The notes under the pieces are model-generated. The model ran no database searches. It was given only the letters and a program-made list of their open reading frames with translations, and was not told the origin of the DNA. This document shows positions 36,359 to 51,594 of a stretch of 64,000 nt of DNA, in pieces. The translations under genes were made by a program, and so were the position numbers. Source of the stretch: Eledone cirrhosa (lineage: Eukaryota); contig OZ024746.1 of the NCBI GenBank assembly GCA_964016885.1, forward strand, positions 64,976,001 to 65,040,000. The letters run 5' to 3'. The first letter of the stretch is position 1; the number at the start of each line of letters is the position of its first letter.

Positions 36359-38600
36359 GTATTAATTATACTATTTATGGTTATGTAAATACAAAAACCT
36401 TTTGCAGTTATATATATTTTTTTATACAAACCCTAAATAGTGGTAGGCAGTAATATATTACTACCTTATTACCAGTAAGTTAAGTAGCTCAATGTAAAAA
36501 CATCAGATGATTTACAGAGCAGTTATATGAAATATAAGAATCAAAGAACCGTTCAAAACATTTTTGTGCTTACAACTGTTTCCTCCAAACCGAGGTTTGG
36601 ATTCTTCGGAGCAATTTATTAATGAATGGACAGTTATATGACCTCCTTTTCACCCAAGAGACATACAGATACATATGCAAATATTGTGGGTCAACATTCA
36701 TTACAGCATTTAGAGTGGAAGTACACACTTAGAGATTACATTCATATTAAAAGGTACAATCAGAAATCAAAAATACAGGTTAAAATACAACATGAAAATA
36801 AGCGGTTATATAGTGCAAATGTTATATGTGTGGCAAGCACGTGCGTCTTGTTTATATAGTGTGGCAGAGAGTTACGTGTAGTAGAAGCACTTAGGTAGGT
36901 AAACAAGAGTGTTAGGTTGGTTGATCTGGTGGCAAATTCTTTATATGATTGTTATAGTCTGTGTGTGGAGAAATGATATAAGCATTAAAAATAGTGCAAG
37001 CATTAAAAATATTAAAAGTATTGGAAATGCACAGCGAAGAGATGTTATGGACTTCATGTACTTCGACATTTTCATACTCAGGGGAGTGTATTTTTCAGAT
37101 TATATGCCCCTCACATAATCCACGACAATTCGATATTGAGCGTTTGACAATCCAGTTAGAGAATCGTAGTCTGATGTTCTTTAGTTCAATACAGGAGGCT
37201 GTTACGTTTCGAGAATCGACATTGAATACTACTCGGAAGTGTGTGTGTGGCTAAGGTGAGTTAATGCATGAGGGGAGGTAACTCCGAGGTTTCTATTACT
37301 AACTATTGAAATGTGTCTCAAAATAGACTCTAATTTCTATGGTTATGCGCAACTTCTAAAAAATTTCTAAAGCATAAATTGTTTTAACTATAGAGTAGTC
37401 TATTAAGTTGTGCTGAAGGTGTTCGTATTATTATGGTGAATTAACCCCCATCGTAGGGTGCCACAAATGAATATTATAGACGACGAGCGAGGATTCTAAA
37501 TTAATGATCTCTGTGGTTGTAGTCTACTCATAGGACCAGGCGCGGTGATTGCAGAATCACTTCAAGACACAATGATCTCTGGTAAATTCTGGGTCATCGC
37601 TTGCTACATTGGATGTCGAAAGATAATCATCACCAGAGCCGACCAGAGGTCAATCCGCAGTCCTCATGACCCCACTCTGACCATCAAATCATCCATATAT
37701 GTACAACCCGCACGCCAGTTGCAATACATTCATTCTCTGCACTCAGCGTACCGGTCCTACTGCTCAACAGCGTTACTAGATTAAATCGTTTTTCATCTGT
37801 TCAAGGAAGGCACTTCCTCCGCACAACACTACCAAGCCAATCAATTCATGCTTAAATTACCTATAGAGCGGTGTAGTGCAGTTCAAGTGGGTGGATGTTG
37901 TCACACCTAACGTAGAGGTATAAATGGGTATTCGCCCTGCGAAGGGTTCCAGAGGGATGTCGTTGTTTGTGTTATATTAGATCAGTTAGTGTTGGGTATG
38001 TGGTATAAGGTGTGCCCCTGGTGTTTGATGCTAGAGGTGGTGTTTGGTTCAAGTCCGACATTGCTATATATTGGGCTTAAAGTTTTGGAAGGAATGTCTG
38101 AAGCGGTGCTGGCAAGTTGCAAACACTTCAGATTTTTTGTTAAGTAGGTTACGGTTAGAGAAGATAATATTGTGGGTCTCTAGTATACAGAGGTTACAAA
38201 ATTTATTAGGTGGTTTGTACGAAGTCGCGCTGCCTATCACTTCCCATTTGAGTGTGTAAGGTTTATTTTTAGTTTTTAGATAGTGTATGTAGCTAGATAG
38301 TGAGGTGGAGTTGGCTAGGCTGTGCTTTTTGAACGAGTGGATGTGCGAATTATATCTGATTTTGAAGCAGTTAGAAGTGGAGCCTACATAGGTTTCTGAA
38401 GAGTTGCTAGTTGTGACGGTGCATGAGTATATGATATCCTTGGTTAGGCATTTTTTATCTAAAGGGCAGGTTCTATTAGCTCTACAGTTACAATTATCCT
38501 GTGTGTTAGTCTGCTGGTTATAATGCAGTGCAGAAGTCTGGGTGGTAGCTATAGGATTTTGGACATTCGGGTTGTCAACCCCGTGTTATTTCTTATACTA
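36359..38600 (-). mobile_element. PLE 3' portion: GIY-YIG fragment (~38590-38064), long 3'UTR, hammerhead at 36567-36613
   Basis: Minus frame DNCNCRANRTCPLDKKC..DIIY..YVGST..FKIRYNSH..CNLCILE..LLNKKSE (absent from the ORF track); HHR tgct-CCGAAGA-atccaaacc tc ggtttggag-GAAA-cagttg-TA-agca. Confidence 0.8.
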
Positions 38601-38615
38601 GTGTTATTTCTATTG

Positions 38616-38764
38616 TGCCGGCAGTATTAAATATTAGAAGTGTTAATATTTAGTGGGCGACAGAGTTAGCAGAGCGTAAGCACGTGGAATAGAAAGAGAA
38701 GAGACGGTTAATCCATGTTTATTGAAAACAGCACCAACGTACATTACGCCCAGTTGGGCTTGTC
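38616..38764 (-). mobile_element. Diverged pLTR fragment of the 33096-33474 family
   Basis: tgccggcagtattaaatatt...agttagcagagcgtaagcacgtgg...cgcccagttgggctt. Confidence 0.75.
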
Positions 38765-38851
38765 ATGTATTGACAGTCTGATTTCTTATTACAAAAATTA
38801 TATATATTTATATATATATATATATAACAATTATATATCTATATATAATAA

Positions 38852-38895
<44 letters not shown>

Positions 38896-39214
38896 CAATT
38901 ATATATATATATAACAATTATATATATGTGTATATATATAACATTTACATATATGTATATATATATACATATAACAATTATATATATATATATATAACAA
39001 TTATATATATATATATATATAGTGATGTAATAAACAACATAAGGCAATTATTTCATTTACCAGTGGTTTCTTAAAAGCAAACAAATTTTGCTTTCATTCA
39101 TCACAATGAAAAAATCCTGGTGTATTTATTGGCATTGGATTTTAAAAACAAAAATATAATCTATATGAAAGTGAGGCTGGAAAAGGAAGAAGGAAAGGAA
39201 AAATAAACACACAT

Positions 39215-39311
<97 letters not shown>

Positions 39312-39572
39312 TATATACATACACATATATATATATATACATACACGCATACATACACACACACATATACACACACACACATATATATGTGTATATATAT
39401 ACATACACATACATATACACATACATACACACATAATTATCAACATATCCATACATACACATACATACAAATACAGAAACGTGCATACACACACACATAT
39501 ATATACATGCATATATATATATATACATAAACATATATATATACATACATACATACAGACACATACATATAT

Positions 39573-39623
<51 letters not shown>

Positions 39624-39653
39624 CACATACATATACATACATATATAAATACA

Positions 39654-40112
39654 CATGGTGGCTGCCAACTCGTTTTCGAGTACGGCCACTACTTTATATC
39701 CATGTAGGAGAACCCCTACCGATACGCTGAACAAGTGTGACTTTTTCGTCCAGCCAGCGACTTGAAAACTCTGGTACAAACACTACACTTGTGACAATTA
39801 TTGACACATACTGCTGGGCCCATGGTACCATGTGACGACAAGTGCAGAGAGATCTCCAGATATAAAGCAATGCCTGTGCCGTGAAGCTTTTATAGTGAGC
39901 AAAGGCACTGCACAAAGCCAGTCCCACTCTCTTAACCAAGATGATATTTACCAAAAAGAAGAACAAGTCAACATCATTGGATACCATCTGAGTTGCAGGT
40001 GTTATATCAGAGTTTTCCTTCTCCTAGAATTCTGCCTTGACAAAGGCTAGGGGGTCATCTCTCCCGGTGATTTTGGATGGCCATTGACTCTTAAGAGCTT
40101 CTTTGCCCTTTG
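39654..40112 (-). mobile_element. Second copy of the ~460-bp RTE-5'UTR-like element
   Basis: Aligns end to end with 16048-16510; microsatellite flanks. Confidence 0.75.
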
Positions 40113-40494
40113 GTATGTATATATATATATATATATGTGTATATGTATATATACATGTGTGTATATGTATATATATATATGTGTATGTGTATATATATAT
40201 ATGTGTATATGAATATATATATATGTGTATATATGTGTGTGTGTGTATATGTATATATGTGTGTATATGTGTATATATATATGTGTAGGTGTGTATATAT
40301 GTGTATGAGTATATGTATATATGTGTGTATATATGTATATGAGTATATGTATATATATATGTGTATATATATGTGTATATATACATGTGTATATATATGT
40401 GTATATATATGTTTATATATACACATATAAATAAAAAATAAAAAATAAAAAGGAAAGAAAAGAAAAAGAAAAAAGAAAAAAGAAATATATCAAG

Positions 40495-40575
<81 letters not shown>

Positions 40576-40618
40576 CACATACACATATGTGTGTTCTATG
40601 TGTAGATGTGTGTATGTG

Positions 40619-40659
<41 letters not shown>

Positions 40660-40670
<11 letters not shown>

Positions 40671-41505
40671 CTTGATATATTTCTTTTTTCTTTTTTCTTT
40701 TTCTTTTCTTTCCTTTTTATTTTTTATTTTTTATTTCTTAGTTTATAGATACATCTATAAATAAGCAGTCTGCCCAAACCGTTGAATACTGACCTGTCCC
40801 CCCCCTCCCACCTAATTTCTGTATCTTGATCTAAATGTGTGTGGCAGTGTTTATGTGAGTGAATTAATATCCATGTGCTTATGATAATATTATATCCACA
40901 TATATATATGTGTGTGGGGGTGTGTGTGTGTATGTATGTTCGTAATTATGTGTATGTTTATGCATATACGCGCGCGTGTGTGTGAGTGTACGGATATGTG
41001 TGAGTATGAGAATATGTGTATACACTTATTTCATATTTATGTGTCTATACGCATCTTATCTGTGCATTATAAACTTACAGAGACATTAGCCTTGAAATTT
41101 TGTATTTGCATGCATCTTTTTGGCATGCGTATGCATGTTGAGCATACATCTTTGTATAAATATGTGTACGGGGTAGTTACATGTATATACACACACCAAA
41201 CTGCATAAAACCTTTTGTATTTTCATTGGTCAATTTTGAACTCTGTTCCCAAACGGACCTGAAATTTTGAATTGTTGTTATTATCAATAAATATATTTCA
41301 TTATTTCTGAAGACGGCGTATATGTGTGTTTGGTATGTATATTTAATCTTGATAGTTTGTATAATTTTGTATAATTTTGTACATAGATCTGTTGAATATG
41401 CATGCCAATTCTAACACATATATATCCTAGAAACGATCGTTAAATAATGAACTTTTTTTGTTTAATATAAGGAACTGTTTCATTGTTTTATTCATTATTT
41501 GTTTA

Positions 41506-41512
<7 letters not shown>
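40660..41512 (+). mobile_element. PLE 3'UTR/pLTR with long-stem-II hammerhead (41297-41451)
   Basis: 41300-41512 matches 22732-22945; stem I is 10 bp (ttcattattt/aaataatgaa); 40663-40736 is inverted at 40428-40500. Confidence 0.7.
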
Positions 41513-41545
<33 letters not shown>

Positions 41546-42143
41546 TACATATACATATATATATATATAATTATATATATACCTACACACACGTATACAT
41601 ACACATACGTATGCATACATACATACATACACACACACACACATAACTTTATATATATATAAGAAAGAACATAAATATTATATATATAAAAAAACATAAA
41701 TATTGTATATATAAAAATAAAAATAAAAATAAAAATAAAAATAAAAAGTTGGGAATACGACAAATAATAAATAAAAATATAATTAGAAAAGGGTATAAAT
41801 GTTTATAGCTGATTTAGAGCACTCAATAAGCTCCTGGAGCCAATGATCAATGAAAATAAGCATTAAATCACTGTATATGATTATGCATATACATACACAC
41901 ATACATATACATCTATATATATATATACACATATATATACATACACACACACACAGAAACACAAGCACAGAAATACACACACACATACATATACGTATAT
42001 ATATACACACATAGGAAAAAGTCTGACCCCACGGCAGAGCTCAAGCCGTTTGTGAGGCTATTATATATACACACACAAAACCATTATATAAAAATACATA
42101 TACACGCACAAATATACACACGCCCACACACACACATTAAATC

Positions 42144-42247
<104 letters not shown>

Positions 42248-42249
42248 CA

Positions 42250-43445
42250 CAATAAGTGTTTTTACGGAGGTACCTGGTCTTTCTACTATCTTAATATTGA
42301 GTTTATGTTTATTTAGGGCCCTTCTAAATTTGTAGGCTGGTTCGCCTCTAATAATGACATAAATGGGACCTGCCCCTTGTATAGGAGCAAATTTTGGAAT
42401 AGAATAGAAAGAACTAGGAACAAGGCCAATAGAATAAACTCATGGTATGATAGCAATAAATACCAGAGTGTAATGTTCATCAATACAACCCCTAGAGGCG
42501 AACTAGCCTACAAATTTAGAAGGGCCCTAAATAAACATAAACTCAATATTAAGATAGTAGAAAGACCAGGTACCTCCATAAAAACACTTATTAGCAAGAC
42601 ATACCCGTTCCAAAGACCCTCATGTATAGATAAGAAATGTATAACCTGTAAAATAAGCCCCCATATTAACTGTAAAACTAGAAATGTAGTGTATAGCATA
42701 AGATGTACTGAAGGACAATGTAGAAACAAAAATATAGTGTACATAGGTGAGACAGCTCGTAGTATAGGGGAACGAATAAATGAACACTGGCGAGACCTTC
42801 AAGATAATAAAGAATCATCTGTGCTCTACCAACATGCTAAGATAGAACACAGGGCTAGATTAGAGAACATAGAAATAAAAATAGAATCCACACACAGAAA
42901 AGATGCAATGTTTAGGCAAATTACAGAGGCAGTAAGCATAAAAGAATTACAACCAAAATTAAATAGAGAATATGAGTGGAACAGCAACATCACAACTTAC
43001 AATTAAGGACAAAATGAAAACACACACAGGACAAAATGAAAACACACACACACATAGAACAAACAACCAACCAACAATAAATAAATAAATAAATAAACAA
43101 ATAGATAAATGAACACAAACACACACAGACACCCGGATGTGGCGCATGCGCAAACTGAGCACACAACACACACACAGAAACAAAATGGCGTAGGATAGAA
43201 GAAAGGAAAGGCACAGAAACAAAGAAAGGAATCCCCAGTCACTGAAGAGGTCACAGAGTGTGTGACGAAAGGACTATGACTATATATAAACAACTATCTG
43301 GTTGTGGAACCAATCAACCAACCAGAAATTTATAAGTTTGTAGATTTGTAAATTTATAAATTTATAAATATATAATAAATTGAAGTGAAAGCAACTGGTG
43401 CGTGTGTTTCTTATTGGCAACATGACCCTCCCAAAGTATAACAAT
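42250..43445 (+). mobile_element. PLE 3' fragment (third lineage) with 5' inversion; GIY-YIG ORF to 43006; HHR at 43237-43281
   Basis: NVVYSIRC..C..YIGETARSIGERINEH..LYQH..H..RQITEA; 42251-42348 is inverted from ~42490-42590; agtca-CTGAAGA-ggtcaca gagtg tgtgac-GAAA-ggac-TA-tgact. Confidence 0.88.
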
Positions 43446-43491
43446 ATATATATATATATATATATAACAATTATATATATATATATATATA

Positions 43492-43697
43492 TGTGAGAAA
43501 AACCACAGACCCTCCATCTCAACTCACCTTTTGAAAAGCAGAAGAACTGCGAAACCGGTAAAGGAACCAAATAAATATATATATATATTTTTTTAAAATA
43601 AGTCTCCAGTTGCATTTTCGATTTCATCTCTTTTTCTTTATACTTTCACTCGTGTAGGACACCTCGGTTATTTTTCATTTTGTAAAAAAAACCTCAC

Positions 43698-43703
<6 letters not shown>
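43492..43703 (+). mobile_element. pLTR copy with U3-A8 hammerhead (43527-43564)
   Basis: Matches 20248-20457; cctt-TTGAAAA-gcag aagaa ctgc-GAAA-ccgg-TA-aagg. Confidence 0.78.
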
Positions 43704-43737
<34 letters not shown>

Positions 43738-43738
43738 C

Positions 43739-43774
<36 letters not shown>

Positions 43775-43854
43775 TACTCTTTTACCTGTTTCAGCCATCC
43801 GGCTGAGGCCATGCTGGGGCACCGCCCTTGTATATATATATATATATATATAAC

Positions 43855-43892
<38 letters not shown>

Positions 43893-43893
43893 C

Positions 43894-43935
<42 letters not shown>

Positions 43936-44000
43936 CAATTATATATATTTATATATATATATATATATATATAACAATTATATATATATATATATATAAC

Positions 44001-44339
<339 letters not shown>

Positions 44340-44498
44340 CAATTATATATATATATGTACGTCAATACTCATCTTTTTCCATTTATCGGAGGGTTCTAAA
44401 CCCCATTATCAGACTAAAATTTCTTTAGTAAAAAAATACGGTGAAAGATATTCTATTTTCTAATTTCAAACCTGCTCACTGTTTCAAAACATATTTTA

Positions 44499-44547
<49 letters not shown>

Positions 44548-44548
<1 letters not shown>

Positions 44549-47149
44549 CTGCAAATGGCTTGCGTAAGCTCATGCAGCGCTCGCGTAATGGAGTGATAGC
44601 ATGCTTTCCAACAGACAATTCTGGCAGAATGTCGGTTGACAGTCTGCCAAACTACATCCAGGCAATGCAACCCACATCACTAACACAAGAGAAGTAACAC
44701 CACAAGAGCATGAGGATAGAGAAAAATCCCTCAATGGACATATGATGATGTGGACAAATATAATGCAGCCCAACAAAAGGACTGCCAACAACTTCCAGGC
44801 CTGGAACACTGACGTGCCAGTGTTGTATGGGCTTCGAAAAGACCATAAAACGAGCAGTGACCCTGACACAGGACCACCAACACGGCCAGTCTGTGGAGCT
44901 AACATTGCTAGTAACTACAGACTGTCCTACTTCCTCTCCCTGATCATACGCCCCATCATTGAAATGTCCCCAGATGTATGTGACAGCACGGAGGACCTCC
45001 TCAGCAGAATCGGCGAGAGTAACCGATCTAGGGACCTAACAAACTGCATAATAGGTAGTATGGATGTTGTGTCCCTATTGACGTGGATTTTGCTGTGGAG
45101 AAATGCGTAGAAATGATCAGTGAGAGCAATGTTGAATTCCATGTGATCGATACCAGTGAGCTGGGACTCCTACTTAAACTTACCTATAGTAATAATTATC
45201 TAGATACATTTGACCTTAGCAAGAGGCAGACCAGCAAGAGGCAGACCACCTACCATTACCTCAATGGCCAAGAAAACCCAGACACATAGATGGAACGGGT
45301 GGACCAGAGCCATACGGACCCCCGAAAAGCACGATGAACTAAAGAAAATGATTGCACATGCGGTGGGGGCCAGCATGAAATTAACCCTTAAGGAACATAT
45401 GTTCAAATTTAATGGAAAAACATATGCCCAAGAGGAAGGAGCAGCCATTGGTGTTAGCATTGCAGGCGACATAGCTAACTTATTCATGGTATGGTGGGAC
45501 AGTAGACTTAAACTTAAACTTAAAGAACAATTAGAAGACCCCTTAACCCTGATAATGTACTCCCGCTACGTTGATGATATAAACATCGTACTTAACCCCC
45601 TCCCCACACACACACACTAGAGAATAGTCAGGAATTAGAGAAAAACAATGGAAAGCATCGAGCAAATAACTAACTCCATCCACCAGAGTATTAGAGTTAG
45701 TATAGACTACCAAAGCAAACACCCCAACCATCGATTACCTGTACTAGACACAGAGCTCTGGTTAGATACCATTAATAACAAAAAACAAATCCTCCATTCC
45801 CATTATGCCAAACCCATGACTTCCAAATATCTGATCCACCGAAACTCAGCTGTTTCGGACCATACCAAAATCAACATACAGATTGCGGATTTGGTACGGG
45901 TGATGAGAAACGTGTCCCGCATGTGCAACCCCGAAGAACTAGAGAGACACATTCAACACTTCATCCACCGTATGCAGTTCTCTGGTTACAATCAGAGAGA
46001 TAAAATCAGAGTATATAGAGGAGCCAGAACCAAATAGGAAAAAATGGTAAATAATGACACAAATGGGACTTGTTCCTTGTACTGGAGCAAATTTTGGAAT
46101 AGAATAGAAAGAACTAGGAATAAGGCTAATAGAATAAACTCATGGTATGATAGCAATAAATACCAGAGTGTAATGTTCATCGATACAACCCCTAGAGGTG
46201 AATTAGCTTACAAATTTAGAAGGCCCTAGATAAACATAAACTCAATATTAAGATAGTAGAAAGACCAGGTACCTCCATAAAAGCACTTATTAGCAAGACA
46301 TACCCTTTTCAAAGACCTCCTGTATAGATAAGAAATGTATAATCTGTAAATTAAGCCCCCATATTAACTGTAAAACTAGAAATGTAGTATATAGCATAAG
46401 ATGTACTGAAGGACAATGTAGAGATAAAAATATAGTGTACATAGGTGAGACAGCTCGTAGTATAGGGGAACGGATAAATGAACACTGCCGAGACCTTCAA
46501 GATAGTAAAGAATCATCTGTACTCTACCAACATGCTAAAATAGAACATAAAGGTAAATTAGAGAACATAGAAATAAAAATAGAATCTACACACAGAAAAG
46601 ACGCAATGTTTAGACAAATCACAGAGGCAATAAACATAAATGAACTCCAACCAAAATTAAATAGAAAACATGAGTGGAACAGCAACATCATAACTTACAA
46701 TTAAGGACAAAATGAAAACACACACGCACATAAACAAACAACCAACCAGTAACATGTAAATAAACAAATAAATAAACGAATATAAACACACACAGAAACC
46801 CGGATGTAACACATGCCCAAACTAAGCACACAACACACACACAAAAACAGGATGGCGTAGGACAGAACAAAGGAGAGGCACAAAAACAAAGAAAAGAATC
46901 CCCAGTCACTGAAGAGGTCACAGAATGTGTGATGAAAGAACTTTGACAATATATAAACAACCATCTGGTTGTGGAACCAACCAACCGGAAATTTATAAAT
47001 TCCTAAATTTATACATTTATTATAATAAATTGAAGTGAAAGAATCTGGTGCGTGTGTTTCTTATTGGCAACATGACCCTCCCAAAGTATAACAATATCGG
47101 TTTCAACACACGTTTTCAGATAAAGAATCTTGCTAAACAAATTCAGAAA

Positions 47150-47154
<5 letters not shown>
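44548..47154 (+). pseudogene. Degraded PLE RT + GIY-YIG, same family as 42250 and 49650; HHR at 46905-46947; tail 47098-47154
   Basis: LYGLRKDHK..TRPVCGA, GSMDVVSL, GAAIG, RYVDD, LPVLD, YIGETAR across several frames; stops at 46037 and 46229 plus frameshifts. Confidence 0.88.
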
Positions 47155-47206
<52 letters not shown>

Positions 47207-47210
<4 letters not shown>

Positions 47211-49290
47211 GGAGATGAGTTTTATTGTAGTACAATAAAGCAATGCAAATATCGGATAAGATCAAAAGAAGTTTAAAAGAGTTCCAAGTATTTTATTATG
47301 CGCATTTCAAAAACAAATATCATCATGATATGCTATCTGCGTTTTCATCAGATAAAATAGGGCTACATGATATGAAGGTTAAAAAACACTTGTGAATAGT
47401 GAATTTTTAAATCAACATATGAAAAATAATTTAAGATTGATGTATGATATTGGGAAAAAGTGAGGGCGGGGGGGGTGGAAAGGGTGACAAAGAGGAGGAG
47501 ATGAGAGTAGAGAATGGTGGAGTAGGTGTATAAGAAGGAAGGATGAGAGAGGAGGAGAGATTGGTGATAGAGAGAGAGAGATAGCCTTTACAACTGAGAA
47601 AAATATATATTGTCTCACAGAGAGAATTTAAAAAGCCGTTGGAAGATAATAGATAATTTAAAAGAATTTGAAATTAAAAGTTGATGAAGAGAAAAAGGGG
47701 GGTTTAATAATATGTGCGATGAAAAGAAATTGTTAATATGTATTATTAAAATAAAAATATTAATGTTATTAAGGATATACTGTGAAAAGAAGTAGAAGAG
47801 TGGATGAGTTATGAATTTAGAGGAATTATTTAGTGTTTAAGTTTGTTTTTATGTAATGTAATATGTGTGCGTTATATATGTAAATAGTTTGTTTACAAAT
47901 GAGCGCAGAAAACAGAAGATAATAATGTTTAAGAAAGTAAAAAATCTAACATCAAAATATATATGTTTACGAAATATTTTCTAATGGTAATAATATAATA
48001 TAATAAAGGAGATTAGTTAGGGTTTGTTTTTATGTATTGTAGTATGTAATATGTAAAAGTCAGACGAGCATGAAAGGAACACAAATATAGGGACTAAAGA
48101 GGAAAAATCTAACGTAAAAAAAATGTTTATGTTTACGAAGGATTATTAAAGGTAATACTATAATGTATTTAAAAGGTAATAATAATTTTTATGGCCAATG
48201 ATATGAAGAAAGATGGATATGTTGTGGTGAGTAATAATAAGAATTGAGAAGTGGTTAGGAAGGAAAGTACTGATTAGAGGTTAGAAATTAAAAAGAAAAA
48301 AGAAGAAAGAAGAGAGGAAGAAAGAAAAGTGATAAAGAGGAATGATATAGAATGAGTAACTAGTATTATATAATGTATAATAAATAATATTGAAATAAGG
48401 TAGAAAGATGGATATATTTTTAAAGAAATATATATATAAGCCTTTGAGAAAAAGGATTTTAAACTAGTAAAGTATTAGATATTAACTGTATACTTTATGG
48501 AATGTTCTGTGGGATTTATGCAAGCAGAGAGAAAATAAATCAGTCCGTCTATTTATTATAGAATCTAAATTAGATATAATGGTAAATTTCTCAGATAAAC
48601 AAAGATTACACGTTCTAGATAGGAAGCATTCAAGTAGGGAGAGGGAGAACAAACTTTCCTCCAACAGATGTTATAGTTAATATTTTTGTCTTTCAAGGAC
48701 CATATGAGTTCTGAGAGTGCCGTGTTAGTTCTTTTAAGTTGGTATTTAAAAGAAGAATTGTGATTATAAAATCTCACTTTGAAGGAGGTGGAAGTGGAAC
48801 CGAAATAGGTAAAGGAATTGGTATCAGTTATAACTTTACATTCATAGACTAAGTTTTTTTTCAAGACAATGGTTATTGAGAGGACATTTAGTTTTAACAG
48901 GGCAATTACAATTGCGATTAGAGAGATTAACAGAGTTATTAACAAGTAACCTAGTGTGATTTATAGGAGGAATTGGATTGGAGAAGTTATTTACGATAGG
49001 AATAATAGTTTCCTGATTTAGATTGGTATTATGAACAATCGACGAAGTTACGTTTGACGTCGTATTTGAGTTTGCAGAATCTAGCCTAAAGTTAACAATG
49101 ATGTGGGGAGTACTAGTGCTATTATTATGACATTCAGTGTTGGAAGGATGTGATTTAGTATTTAGTATTCTATTGTTGTGTTTAGAGATAATGTTGGTGA
49201 TGTTGGAGGAGGTGGAATAGGAAAATTTTATTGTATGTTTGTTAAATATTTTACTATAGATATGTGAGGGAGGGAAGCATTTATTTATAA
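47207..49290 (-). mobile_element. PLE 3' portion (FNPP/CxCx5C type), frameshifted GIY-YIG 48482-49285; HHR at 47289-47359
   Basis: CFPSHI..IFNKHTIKFSYST, NLVYECKV..YFGST..FKVRFYNH, CNLCLSEK; HHR tattttat-CTGATGA-stem II-GAAA-tgcgca-TA-ataaaata. Confidence 0.82.
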
Positions 49291-49649
49291 CGATTAATTA
49301 TATATATATAACAATTATATATATATATATATAACAAATATATATATAAATATATATATATACAATTATATATATATATATATATATAACAATTATATAT
49401 ATATATAAAAATTATATATATATATATATAACAATTATATATATATATGTAAAAATTATATATATATATATATAACAATCATATATATATATATATATAA
49501 CAATTCTATATATATACATATATATATATAATCGTTATATATATATATAACAATTATATATATATATATAACAATTATATATATATAACAATTATATATA
49601 TATATAACAATTATATATATATATAACAATTATATATATATATATATAC

Positions 49650-51093
49650 ATATTGTTATGCGTTGGGAGGGTCATGTTGCCAATAAGAAACAGACGCACC
49701 AGTTGCTTTCACTTCAATTTATTATAAATTAAATTTATAAATTAAGGAATTTATAAATTTCCGGTTGGTTGGTTCCACAACCAGACGATTGTTCATATAT
49801 TGTCAAAGTTCTTTCGTCACACATTCTGTGACCTCTTCAGTGACTGGGTATTTTTTTCTTTGTTTTTGTGCCTCTCAATTGTTCTGTCCGACTCCATCTT
49901 GTTTTTGTGTGTTGTGTGCTTAGTTTGCGCATGTGTTACATCCGGGTGTGTGTGTATGTTTATATGTGTTTATTTATTTGTTTATTTACATGTTACTGGT
50001 TGGTTGTTTGTTCTATCTGTGTGTTGGTGTGTGTGTGTGTTTTCATTTTGTCCTTAATTGTAAGTTGTGATGTTGCTGTTCCATTCATGTTTTCTATTTA
50101 ATTTTGGTTGGCGTTCATTTATGTTTATTGCCTCTGTGATTTGTCTAAACACTGCGTCTTTTCTGTGTGTAGATTCTATTTTTATTTCTATGTTCTCTAA
50201 TTTACCCTTATATACTATTTTAGCATGTTGGTGGAGTACAGATGATTCTTTACTATCTTTAAGCTCTCGCCAGTGTTCATTTATCCGTTCCGCTATACTA
50301 CGAGCTGTCTCACCTATGTACACTATATTCTTAACTCTACATTGTCCTTCAGTACATCTTATGCTATATACTAAATTTCTAGTTTTACAGTTAATATGGG
50401 GGCTTAGTTTACAGATTATACATTTCTTATCTATACAGAGAGTTCTTTGAAACGGGTATGTATTGCTAATAAGTGTTTTATGGAGGTACCTGGTCTTTCT
50501 ACTATCTTAATATTGAGTTTATGTTTATCTAAGGTCCTTCTAAATTTGTAAGTTAATTCACAGAGGCAATAAACATAAATGAACTCCAACCAAAATTAAA
50601 TAGAAAACATGAATGGAACAGCAACATCACAACATACAGTTAAGGACAAAATGAAAACACACACACACATAGAACAAACAACCAACCAGTAATATGTAAA
50701 TAAACAAATAAATAAACAAATATAAACATACACCGACACCTGGATGTAACACATGCGCAAACTAAGCACACAGCACACACAAAAACAAGATGGCGTAGGA
50801 CAGAATAAAGGAGAGGCACAAAAACAAAAAATAATCCCCAGTCACTGAAGAGGTCACAGAATGTGTGACGAAAGAACTTTGACAATATATGAACAATCGT
50901 CTGGTTGTGGAACCAACCAACCAACCGGAAATTTATAAATTCCTAAATTTATAAATTTAATTTATAATAAATTGAAGTGAAAGCAACTTGTGCGTGTGTT
51001 TCTTATTGGCAACATGACCCTCCCAAAGCATAACAATATCGGTTTCAACACACGTTTTCAGATAAAGAATCTTGCTAAACAAATTCAGAAACG

Positions 51094-51096
<3 letters not shown>
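49650..51096 (+). mobile_element. PLE fold-back insertion: inverted arm 49650-50558, forward arm 50559-51038, tail 51039-51096
   Basis: Both arms match the 42250/44548 family; HHRs at 49802-49844 (-) and 50841-50883 (+). Confidence 0.88.
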
Positions 51097-51183
<87 letters not shown>

Positions 51184-51187
51184 CAAT

Positions 51188-51219
<32 letters not shown>

Positions 51220-51308
51220 ATTGTTATATATATATATATATATAAATATAATTGTTATATATATATATATATATAATTGTTATATATATATGTATATATA
51301 TATATAAC

Positions 51309-51350
<42 letters not shown>

Positions 51351-51470
51351 CTATTATATATATATATACAACAATTATATATATATACAACAATTATATA
51401 TATATATATATATATAACAATTATATATATATATATATATATACAACAATTATATATATATATATATAAC

Positions 51471-51514
<44 letters not shown>

Positions 51515-51532
51515 CAATTATATATATATAAC

Positions 51533-51594
<62 letters not shown>

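Noticed and set aside
44385-44420. CTGATAA...GATA hammerhead-like motif (minus)
   Set aside because: Both conserved boxes are altered without compensation
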